64,000 nucleotides of DNA from Trichodelitschia bisporula (Eukaryota). Of the stretch, positions 35,303-46,300 are shown piece after piece. Every line of letters starts with the position of its first letter. Position 1 is the first letter of the stretch. Under the pieces are notes generated by a model. That model was not told the DNA's origin and searched no databases. It saw only the letters and a program-made list of their open reading frames with translations. The translations under genes and the position numbers were made by a program. The stretch spans positions 1 to 64,000 of the forward strand of contig ML996712.1 in NCBI GenBank assembly GCA_010356995.1, in the 5' to 3' direction.

Positions 35303-37393
35303 TCATGCTCCTCCCCAGCCCCAGCCAGTCTCCCCAGCGCAGGCACCTGGCACCGGGCGCGGCGGCGTACTCGGCGCCGTCATCAGCACACCCTCCATAC
35401 TCTCCGAAGTATCCATCTCCATCCCCGTCTCAACAGACAAGCGCGGCGGCGAGCCCGGCTCCGTAATCGGGCTATATGAAGGCCGTTCCGGCGTAGGCGG
35501 CGTCATGACCGGCTCGCCTTCCGTACTCTCCGACGAGCGCGGCTCCCTCACCCCGTCCTCAGGCTCAGCCGGCTCGCACCGCTCATCCCCCTGAGGACCA
35601 CCCAGCAGGTCAGAGTATTCGACGTCTGTATCCGGAAGGGCTGTCATTGGAAGGTCCGGGAACTCAGTCGTGCTCAGTGGCGCCGGCGCGGGTTCAAACA
35701 GGGGCGCATCGTCACGTAACCACGCGCGCTGCTCCAGAGTCTCCAAACCGGGCGGCGAGGCCGGGGCTGGCGGCCGAAGGCCCCCCACCTCCGTCATCTG
35801 CTGCGCAAAAGCCGGCGGGCAGCGCACCTCCGCTCCAACCGGCGGCGCCGGCTTCGTCCCTGCTACTTCCTGTGCGAAAGTGGCCGGCGGGGGCGCGATA
35901 CGCTCGAGCCGCACGACTTCGGCGAGGATGTCTTGCTTCTTTTTGCCGGTTGTTTTGTCATACATGGCCCAGAGGTGGTTGATGGTGGCTAGGAGCTCGG
36001 CGTTGAGGGTTGCGCGGGCTGAGGAGAGGACGGCGGCGGGGGGTGGGGCGAGCGCGGTCGGGGGACTGGAGCTGAGGGCCATAGTCGGGGAATTGGACGC
36101 TGAGAGCGAGTGGGGCTCCTGTGTGACTTGGGGCTCGACGATTGTGGGGCTTCGGGGTTCGGGTCCGGCGGTGGGAGCCGCTTCCGGGTTTTTGGGCTGC
36201 CGGTTGATTGCAAAGGCGATGAACGCCCGGGCAAGGAAGCGAATCCGTCGACCGGTGGCCAGAGTAATATTGTCGGATACGGTGGGGACGGGATCTGGGT
36301 TCGCGGCGGGGTGGATGTCATCGGCAACTATCTCTGCAGCGGTTTCGAGTTCATCAGCGAGCTGCAAAATGGTTTCAGCTCTCGACCATAAGTGATCCGT
36401 AGTGGGTGCTTCGACTATGCCCGCAAAGGCATCCGGTGCATCAGCCTCTGCGAGCCGGATAAATTTGTGGGCGGCCGCGGTGGCGCACTTGTAGAGGTCA
36501 TCGTCCATGCGAACCATGCTCCACAGCTTCTCAGACCCCATGCGTGCTTCCTGTTTCTGGGCGAAGAGAGCCGCTCGCGATTGCTCCAAGTTATTTGCTG
36601 CGAGATCTTCTGGCGTGGGCTGGCGTGTAGCTTGGATGTACTCCCTGACAATGCCGGCGACTCGCACTGCGGAGTAGCCCCAATAGGCCTTGGTTGGGGT
36701 GCGAGGGGGCACCCGGAAAACTTCCCGGCAAGTAGCCAGCAATTCGTTGTGGATGTTCTGTGCAGCCGTGCATTTTCTGGCCCAGTTGTCATCGTCGCTA
36801 AGTATAATTGTGCGCGTGACGCCCCATGCATTCTCTTCTGCGACCTCGAGGCACTTCCTCGTGACGGTGGCGAGGAAGGCGTGAATGAGCTTTTGGACCT
36901 GGGCCATGTCGTCTGGCGTGTCCTCCTCGGATGTGGGCGGCCACCGGCCGGTGGGCGGATTGCTTGCCGTCTCGTTCATGAACCGGAGGAACGTGTTGGC
37001 ATATTCCATGGCCATGATGCGGGCAGCTCTGGCACGGGCAATGCTTGGACCGGAACCAGTGGCATTGACGATTTCCCGGGCGGCGGCTATAAATATCCGT
37101 TGGACACCTCGGACAGCCTCATACAGCACTTCCCCACCCGCGGGGGTGAGAACCACGCCGAGTTGCCAGAGCTCATTGGGTGTGCACCGGCCCGCAGTTA
37201 AGACGCACTCTCGAGCAAAGTCGGCGGCATAGACGTGTTTGAGAGCCACGGAGCGAGCTAAGACGGTGAGGATTTCCTGAAGAGGAAGCGGAGGTTCGAC
37301 TCCTCCACGCAAGTGGTTCCCCTCACTCCCTGGTCCCGCCTCTGCCGTCTGCATTGCAGGCAATCGGTTTCCCTCACCGCCTAGTCCCGTCAC
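35303..37393 (-). CDS. Hypothetical helical plus Pro-rich ORF, probably the last exon of the giant gene
   Basis: 696-codon open frame overlapping the end of ORF 37374-46328. A GTCAGT donor at 37397 with CAG acceptors at 37349 or 37277 would join them in frame. Confidence 0.7.
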   Translation of the reverse strand: MTGLGGEGNRLPAMQTAEAGPGSEGNHLRGGVEPPLPLQEILTVLARSVALKHVYAADFARECVLTAGRCTPNELWQLGVVLTPAGGEVLYEAVRGVQRIFIAAAREIVNATGSGPSIARARAARIMAMEYANTFLRFMNETASNPPTGRWPPTSEEDTPDDMAQVQKLIHAFLATVTRKCLEVAEENAWGVTRTIILSDDDNWARKCTAAQNIHNELLATCREVFRVPPRTPTKAYWGYSAVRVAGIVREYIQATRQPTPEDLAANNLEQSRAALFAQKQEARMGSEKLWSMVRMDDDLYKCATAAAHKFIRLAEADAPDAFAGIVEAPTTDHLWSRAETILQLADELETAAEIVADDIHPAANPDPVPTVSDNITLATGRRIRFLARAFIAFAINRQPKNPEAAPTAGPEPRSPTIVEPQVTQEPHSLSASNSPTMALSSSPPTALAPPPAAVLSSARATLNAELLATINHLWAMYDKTTGKKKQDILAEVVRLERIAPPPATFAQEVAGTKPAPPVGAEVRCPPAFAQQMTEVGGLRPPAPASPPGLETLEQRAWLRDDAPLFEPAPAPLSTTEFPDLPMTALPDTDVEYSDLLGGPQGDERCEPAEPEDGVREPRSSESTEGEPVMTPPTPERPSYSPITEPGSPPRLSVETGMEMDTSESMEGVLMTAPSTPPRPVPGACAGETGWGWGGA

Positions 37394-40300
37394 TGACGTC
37401 GATTGTCAGCGCAGGTTTCTTCACCTCGCCCGACTCCCTCGGAACCTCGGGATCCATCTCACCTGGCGAATGTTTCGGCGGAGGCAGAGAGCTCGAGGGC
37501 ATGTGCACCATGGCGACTATGGGCCGCAAAAGCTCTGGATTCGGCTCGGCCAGGGGCGAGACCGGCAATTTGAGCGGCGAGATTGCGCTATCGTTTGACT
37601 CGCCCTCGGTTTTGTTGTTGTCATCGGCGCTTTCAACCTTGTCCGCTGGCGCTGCGTACGCTTTGGCGGGGTCCAAAACGCCGCAGTTCGGGTAAAACGG
37701 CGGGTAAATGTTCCACTCGCTTTCAGAGATCTCCCACGGCGGGTCCTCAGAAGAAGGGGACAGTTCCGAGTGGATTGCTGGGTTGGTGTTCGGGATTTGT
37801 ATCGGATCCGGGACGGAAGTCGGATCCGGGATTTTTGCCGAGGCCGGGTTGGAAGTCGGATTCGGAACCGAGACACGGATAGTCTCCGGCTTCGGCTTCG
37901 GCTCCACAACCAGCTTCACCCCCTCGGCCAAGACCACCGTCTCGCCCGCCGCTTCCCTCTCCCTCATCTCACGCCGCTTCCGTTGCAACTCATCCACCAC
38001 CTTGGTTACATACTTCTTAGCCTTCTCTTCCGTGGCCGCCTCCAATGCCCGCCATTCCGCTTCCTTCTTAAGCCGTTTCTGGTACCTCGCCCTCGCAAGC
38101 TCTTCATATTCACTCTCCGCCTTCCACTCCGCCACAACCTTGTCCCTCGCCTGTGCACCCGTGCGCTCCAGCTCGTTCACGTCGATGTGCTTCCCCTGCT
38201 TAACCGTCGTGACGACGTACCTCGAGCGCGCAACCAAAATGGCATCCTCGATTGCAGGTCGCAAGGCCTCTAACGTCCTGAGCCACTTGGCATGCTCGGC
38301 CGAACAGGCTTCGCAAGTGCACGACTTTGGACGCGACAACGGCTCCAGCGGATCGGCGGGGCTTCCTTGCATCGCCAAATCATACAGCATCTGTTCCATA
38401 CGCATCGCGTGTGCTGTCTCCTTTGGGTCGAGGAGCGTCTCCACGTCGACCTCCACATTGGGGTTCAAACCCTCTTTCTCCCTCTCTTCCCTGTACGCCT
38501 TCAGAGCCTTGATTTGGCGTAAAAGCTGGCTAGCGGGGAGCCCATACGGCCACTCCTTTGGCTGACGTTGGCCCAGGCCTGCATCAGGCATGGCCTTCTT
38601 AGCATTTTCCTCGGTCGGGTCGGGGATCATCGCTGCTTTGGCTTTCGCAAGGGCGTCGGAAAGAATTTTTGTCTGCTCCCTCAAACGCTGAATTTTACGT
38701 GGAAGTTCGCCGGGGACGAGCACAGGAGGCGAGTTATGCGACTGACGTCCATCCTTGACCGACATCTTGTTAAGACGCTTGGCCGGCTGTGCTTTGTCCG
38801 CATCAGCCAGGGCCTTCTCAGCGTCCGCCTTTGCCATATAGGCCTCAAAAACCTCCCGCGACTCGATAGCACTGCCCGTCTGCAGGTGCTTTTCCAGTCC
38901 CGTCTTCTCATCCTCACTCAGGTCGGAGTCCCTGTTCGCCGCGTCTATATCTTCTTTCTCTTCGCGTGTCAACATTTTGTCCCCCTGCCCCGCTACCTTA
39001 GCAAGAACACGCTTCGCCGCAGCTAGCTCCTTCGTGCGGATCAGGCCCCGAATGCACTTATCCGACAACACCTTAGGGTCCTTCGGTCCAGCGCTCATTT
39101 CCCCGTCCAAACCTGGAGCCACGCCAGGCGCAACGGGGCCCGGCGCGTGTCTATTCATCGTCAAACGAGGTCCCCCATCGGACCCCTTCGAGCCTATCTC
39201 TGGGCTCGGGGCCGACTCTCGCGCCGTGCGAGAGTCATCTTTGAAAGACATGCCCACATAATGTCGATCGACATTAGAATCGTTAGACGACAGCGACACG
39301 TCCCGCGTGGGCGGGGGTGCGTGCAGGCCGGTGGGGAGCTGAGGAATGTCGGCTAACGACGGCCGCGGCTGCGAGGGTGAATGACGGCGATACCCGTGTT
39401 TCGGGGCGAAGAAAGACAGGGCCTCGTAGCCACCGTCGGTGCTTGAAGGGCTGGCCGAGGAGGACTGAGATCGCAAAGGGGGCGGTGGGGGGGCCCTCTT
39501 CTGCAGCCACACAATCTCGGGCGCACCGGAATCTAACCCAATAATCTTGAACTGCGGCTCTGGGTATACGAGACTCCTTGAAGCCGGCGATAGTGCCCCC
39601 GCGGAGGAAGATGCGTGGGACTCATTCGACCACTCCGACTCCGGTGTGGATTCAAAATCCGCTTCTGGTTCGGGAGCAGCCTCGCGCACCGCGCGCTGGT
39701 GGTCAGACATATCGTAGCTGCGCTGGGTTTCTTCACTCTGGCGGTCTGACATCGTCGGTCGATTCCGGGTATCAATGTACGCGCGCATCAGCCGCATGGC
39801 ATTCGACTGGTCGCTCTGCGAGGACGACGGGGGTTGATCATCGGCGTTTGGGGACCAGAGACGCGTTGAAGGCATTTGTAGCTCTACAGCGGATGTAGGC
39901 AACGTCACAGGCGACAGCGGCCGGGATGGAAGCCGCATTGGGGAAGAAGGGGGTTGCCACGCGGTCGACCATTCCGACTCCGGTGTGGATTCGTTACCCT
40001 CCTCGTCCGGTTCGGGTGCAGCCTTGCGCTCCGCGTACTGGCGGTCAAACATGTCACGGCTGCGCTGTGTTTCTTCCTGCAGGCGCCCGGGCATTATGAG
40101 TCGATTCTGGGTATCAAAGTACTCCTCCGTCATGCGCCTGGCATCTGCCCAGTCGCTCTGCGAGGACGACGGGGGTTGGTCATCGGCGTTTGGCTCCTTG
40201 GGCGAGAGCGCAGGCGAGGCGATTGTCTGGCCGCTCAGTGAGGACGACCGGGGGTGTTCGTAGGCGTTCGGCTCCTTGGGCGGGAGCGCTGGCAAGGCTG

Positions 40301-43300
40301 TGATATTTTCCTCGGAGCTGTTGACAACTGTTTGACTGAGCTCGGATGCTATTTGACTGAGCTCGGAGTCACTCAACTCGGAGCCGTTGGTAGGACTTAG
40401 CGTCGGATCCAGTGTGGCTTTTGCCACCGGCAGCTGCTGCTCCTTCGGGGCCGCGAGTGGCACCGGGTCCCGTTTGGGTCCTCCAAACGCCGCCAGCATC
40501 TCAGAAGCGGGCGGGTGATGAATCAACGAACTGGGAAGCGTGGGAGCCTTTTGCGCCTCATCACTGGCTGACAGGAGCTCAAAAGGACCAGAGCTCTTGA
40601 CATTCAGTTCCTGCTGCTCCTCCAGGACCGCCGGCCGCGCAGAAGTCGACCACTGCGACTCCGACATGGAAGGGAAATGCGACCTAGCCGGCGACCTCGC
40701 ATACTCAGCTTTCTCATCTGAATCCTCGGTGGCCACGCGCTCCCCGTGCACCTGCTGGACCTTGGTGGCAAGGTCCGTGGCGGGTACAGCATGTGCTGGA
40801 GCAATCTCTTTACGGTCGCAAGGAGCCACCGGAGTCGGCGTCGGGTCGAACCCTGCTTCTGCCAACATCGATGAGAAGGACCGCGGCCCGATGGGGCCCG
40901 AGGAGCCCTCCTTCCGATGATCGGCAACCTTCCCCTGGAAAAATGCAGAGGAGAACATGCCGGTCATGCCCGACTGCAGGATTTCCCGCGCGGGCTGCTC
41001 GACCGGGGATGCGGGACGAGCGTCAGCCGGCGCGCTCGAGCTCTTCACATGTTCCGCCGGCACGCTCGGGTGCTTTGGCTTCTCACACTCACACGCCCGT
41101 TTGGCCTCCGCACGCGCTTCCCTAACCCCTACAAGCGCTTCCCTAGCCTCCTCACGCGCTTTCCCAGCCACCTCGAGTGCGAGCTTCGCATCCTCGCGCG
41201 CTTGCCGAACGACGTCGGCAATCCGCGTCATACATTGAACATGTGTCGATCCGCTCTCTTGGGGATTGCTAAGGGACGAGGGATTCGCCTCCGGCTCGCA
41301 TTCGCCTGCCGCCGACGACGGCGCGAGCTGCTGAGTGGGCTGGAGGGGTTGCGTGGCATGCTGGGGTGAAGAAAGTGGCGATGACCACGGGTAAGGCCGC
41401 GGCGAGGCCGGGTCCGGGACTCCCTGTGGGAGCGGTGGGTGCTGGGACGTGGGGCGTGCCTGAGGCTGCGGGGGAGGAATAACGGAAACGGGAACGGGGA
41501 AGTTGCTGAGCGGACCCGAAGTGATGGTTACCGGTGACAGCTGCTGGTGCGACGACGTGGGCCGCGCGAGAGGTTGTGTGGGAGAAACAGCGGGAGAGGG
41601 TGACTCGCTGCGCGGAATCGAAATTATGGTGACCGGCGGCAGCGGCTGGTATGGGGAATCGGGATGCACTTGAGGCTGCCAGGAAGATGTAGTGACGAGT
41701 TTGAGCCTGTCAAACGGATCAGATACTACGGCCACCGGTGACCGTGACTGGTACGAGGGCTTGGGATGTGCTTGAGGCTGCGCGGGAGGTACAGCGGGAG
41801 AAGGTGACTCGGGGGGCGGAATCGAGACCATGGTAACCGGTGGCAACGGCTGGTAAGGAGACTCGGGACGCACTTGAGGCTGCCAAGATGATGTAGTGAC
41901 GAGCGGGACCTTGCCGAGCAGAACCGAGTCCACGCCGCGCGGAGCCAACTCCACGGTCACGGGTGGCAGCGGCTGGTCCGGGGCCGTGGGACGTGCCGGC
42001 GGCTGCGGGGCAGATACAGCAGCAGAGGGGACCTTGCGGGGCGGGAGTGGACCCGATGTCACGGTCACCGGCGTCCCAAACGGTGCTCCGGACGCAGCGG
42101 CGCTGTTAGCCTCCTTGATAAAGTTCTCAGGCGACACAGCTAGGCGTTTCTGCGGGAGGGCTTGGAGGCCTATGGTATTTTTCTCCACTGCCCAGGACGC
42201 AGCGGCGGACGTGAAATGCGGGGATTTCTTCAGGAGGGCTTTGACATGTTCATCCATTGCCGCAGCCCGGGACCCAGCGGTGCTGTGAGCCTCCTTGACA
42301 AGGTCCTTCGGCGACAGGGGTTTCTTCGGGAGGGCGGGGAGGTCCTTTGGTGTCTCCACTGCCGCAGCCCGGGACGCGGCGGCGCTCTGAGCCTCCTTGA
42401 CAAGGTCCTCGGGCGTCAGAGGCCGGTGTTTCGTCTTCGGGGGGGATTTGAGGCCCATCGATCGTTTCTCCACGACCGCAGCCCGCCTCTTTTCCCATGC
42501 CTCCGCTGTCTTTTGCCATGCCTCCTCTACGGCGCTCTTGGTCTTCGTCGGCGGCTGCACTGCCTCCGCGGCAGCGCCGTTAACCTTCGCTGGTGTTTTC
42601 GTAACCGGAGGCTGCGTGGTCGTTGGTACTTCTGCTATGACATTATTGACCTTTTTCTGGGTCTCTCGAACAATAATGTTCATCTTTGCCCGTGTCTCCG
42701 CCACGGCACTGTCCATCTGAGCCTGCGACCACCGAGCGATACTGCGCATCTCCGCCCGTGACTCCGCAGTCTTATCCTTGTGCATTTTCTGTGACACCGT
42801 GACGACCTCGTTGACTTGCGCCGCGACGACACCATCGATTTTGACCATTGACTCCACAGAAATGCCCTTAATATTTGTCGGCTGTTGCACTGCCTCCGCT
42901 GCGGCGCCGTTGACCTCCGCCGGTATTTTCGTAACCGGAGTCTGCGTGTCCGTTGGCATCTCAACTTCGATATCATTGACCTTTGCCTGGGTCTCCCGAA
43001 CGATACTGTTCATCTGTACCAGTGTCTCCGCAGAGACACTGTCGGTCTTCGCCCAGAACTCCGCAGTGATACTCTCGATCTTCGCCTTCGTCTCCGCAGA
43101 CACTTCCTGAGTTAACTGTGACACCGTAACGACGTCGTTGGTTTGCGCCGCGACGACACCGCCAATTTTCACTAGTGACTCCACACAAATGTCCTTGAGC
43201 TTTGTCTGCTGCTGCACTGCAGGAGCTGCGGTGTCGTTGGTCTTTGCTGGCGATTTCGTAACCGGAGTCTGCGGCATCGTTGGCACCCCTGCTACGATAC

Positions 43301-46300
43301 CATCGAGCTTTGCCTGTGTCTCTCGAACGATACTGTCGATCGTCGCCTGCATCTCTCCAGCGGTTGTCTTGATGGCCGCCCATGACTGCTCAATAACATT
43401 GTTGATCTCCGCGTCTGTCTCATCAACGATGCTGTCGATCTGCGCCTGCATCTCCCTAGCCATACCGTTGCTCTCTGCTGGCAACTGCGTAAGGATATGG
43501 TTGAGCTCCGCCATTGAATCGTCCCAGATACCGTCAATATTCTCACGAGACCGCACAACTCCATCGTTGATCTTCATCTTCGTCCCCACAATGAGACCGT
43601 TGATCTTCGACCGCGACTCCGCAGCGACACCGTTAATCTTCGCCTGTAACGCTACAGGAAGGCCTTGGACAGTCATCTGCTGTTGTAATTCAGGAGGTGC
43701 GATGTCGTAGAGCTTCCCCTGGGTCTCCGCAACGAGACCATTAATCTTCGACTGCGCCTCCGTAACGATGCCCACAAACTTCGCCTGCATGTCTGCAAGC
43801 ATATCTTTGTCCGTCGCCCGTATCTCTTCGCATAGATCGTCGACCGTCACCTGAATCTCCGGAGGGAAACCGTCGGTCACCGGTGCTTCGGTAACAGGCG
43901 TCGGCGTCCGCGCCGGTGTCTCCGCTACAACACGGTTGATCGTCGCCGGCGGTTGCACTTCTGGAGCAGCGGTGCGATTGACCTTCGTCGACGGTTGCAC
44001 AACTGGAGCTGTAGTGCGGTGGATCTCCACCGGTGCTTTCGTAATCGCAGCGTGTTTCTCCGCCGGTGCCTCCGCTGTAGCGCCGTAGAACTTCGCCAGC
44101 GGCTGGCCTTCTGATGCCGCGATACCATCGATCTTCGCCTGAGTCTCCCGAACGATGCCGTTGATCGTGGCCTGTGTGTCTGTAGTTATATCGTTGATCA
44201 TCTCCTGCGTCCCAGCAACCAAACCGTTGATCGACTCCTGTGTCTCGACAACCAACCCGTTTATGGCGGCCTGTGCCTTTATAGCCAAACCATTGATCGC
44301 CGTCTGCATCTGCGGAACGATAGTATTGGGCACCAGTGCTTTGGTAATGGGCGTCTGCGTCTGCACTGTTGTCCCCGCTACAACACGGTTGATCGCCGCC
44401 GGCGGTTGCACTGCTGGAGCAGCGGTGAGACTGACCTTCGCGTGTGTCTCGGCAACCATACGGTTGATCGTGGCCTGTGTGTCTATAGTTGTATCGTGGA
44501 TCATCTCCTGTGTCCCTGTAACTAAACCGTTGATCGACTCTTGTGTCTTGACAACCAAACCGTTTATCGCGGCCTGTGCCTTTACGACCAAACCGTTGAT
44601 CGCCGTCTGCATCTGCGGAACGATAGCATTGGGCACCGGTGCTCTGGTAATAGGCGTCTGCGTCTGCGCCAGTGTCTCCGCTACAACAGGGTTGATCGTC
44701 GCCGACGGTTGCACTGCTGGAGCAGCGGTGCCGTCGGTCTTCGCTGGCGGCGGCCATGCCTCCACTGAGGGGCCGTTCATTTTCGCCTGCATCTCCGCAA
44801 CGATGCCATTGATGTTCGCCTGCGTCTCGGAAACCATACGGCCGATCGTCGCCTGTAGCTTCGTAACGAAACCCTTAATCGTCGCCTGTGTTTCTGCAAC
44901 TCTATCGGTGATCGTCAACCGTATCGTGAAAACGATATCACCGATTTCCGCCTGTGTCTCGCAAAGGAAGCGGTGGAGCTTGGCTTGTGTCTCCGCCACG
45001 ATTCCCTTGATCTTGGCCTGCGGCTGCGTTGCTGGAGCTACGCTGCCGTTGAGCTTCGCCTCTGCTTCCGCAGCGATACCATCGATGTTCGCCTGTGTGG
45101 TCGCAAGCATACCAAAGGTCGTCGCATATACCTTCGCAAGGCTACCATCAATCTTCGCCTGAACCTCTGCAACTTCACCGCGGATCGTCGCCCGTGTCTC
45201 TGCAACGATACCGTTAATCGTTGCCAGCAACTCCGCAACGACACCCTTGATCGTCGCCCACATCACTGTAACGATGGCGTCGAACACCGGCGGTGCGGTG
45301 CCGTTGAGCTTCGCTTGTGTCTCCGCAACGATACCATTGATCTTCGTCTGCGTTCCTGTAACCAGACCATTGATCTTCGCTTGTGTCTCCCGAACGATAG
45401 CGTTGATCGAGACCTGTGTGTCAGTAGCCAAATCGTTCGTCTTGTCGTGCGTATGTGCAACGATACCTTTGAACGTCGACTGTATCCCTGCAACCAAAGC
45501 GTTGGCTGTCGCCTGCACCTTTGCAATGATGTCGTCGACCTTCGCCGGCGATTGCACTGCCGGAGCTGCGGTGCGGTGAATCCCCGCCGGTGCTTTCGTA
45601 ACCGTAGCGTGCGTCTCCGCAGGTGGCACCGATACGCTACCGTTGGTCTTCGCCGGCGATTGCACAGTCGGAGCAGCGGTGCCGTAGATCCTCGACGGTG
45701 CCTTCTCAACCGCGCCCATCTCCGCCGCCTCCCCCGCACCACCCCTCACAGGAAGCCCAAACTCCATCGGCGCCCGCCACGGCACGCCCTCCCCCGCGCG
45801 CCGCGCCAGCCCATCCTCCCACTCAATCTGCCTCCCCAACCTCATCCGCAAAAAATCCTTCTGCTCCTTCAGCTTGTCCGCATACATAATCAAATCATCA
45901 CACCACGCCGGCCACGACGCATCCTTCTGCTCCTTCAGCTTGTCTGCATACATAATCAAATCATCACACCACGCCGGCCAAGGCGCGTAGATATTGTCCA
46001 TGGATTCGTACATCATGGCCTCGAGTGCCGGGGAAGGGTTTTGCAGAAGGAAGCGCGCGGGGAGGCGCTCGGAGCGGGAGGAGCGGCGGCAAGGGGAGGG
46101 GCGGGGGGGGGGGGCTGCCAGTGGAGTGGTGAGCGCGCTTCGATCCGGGGCGAGGGACGCGTTTCGGCTTGGGGCTGGAGGGGTGTTTCTGAAGAGTGAG
46201 CGCTCGAGGTTGGCGATACGGAGGCCGGGTGAGGCGGGGTGATGTCGTCCTGTTTGAGTGCTGGCCATGGCGCTGGGAACGGGGCGGGCTGGCGCGGGGG

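Noticed and set aside
43138..46199. Long plus-strand and alternative-frame ORFs (e.g. 44155-45162, 44973-46199, 43741-44757)
   Set aside because: Shadows of the repetitive minus-strand giant ORF; repeats lacking stop codons stay open in other frames.
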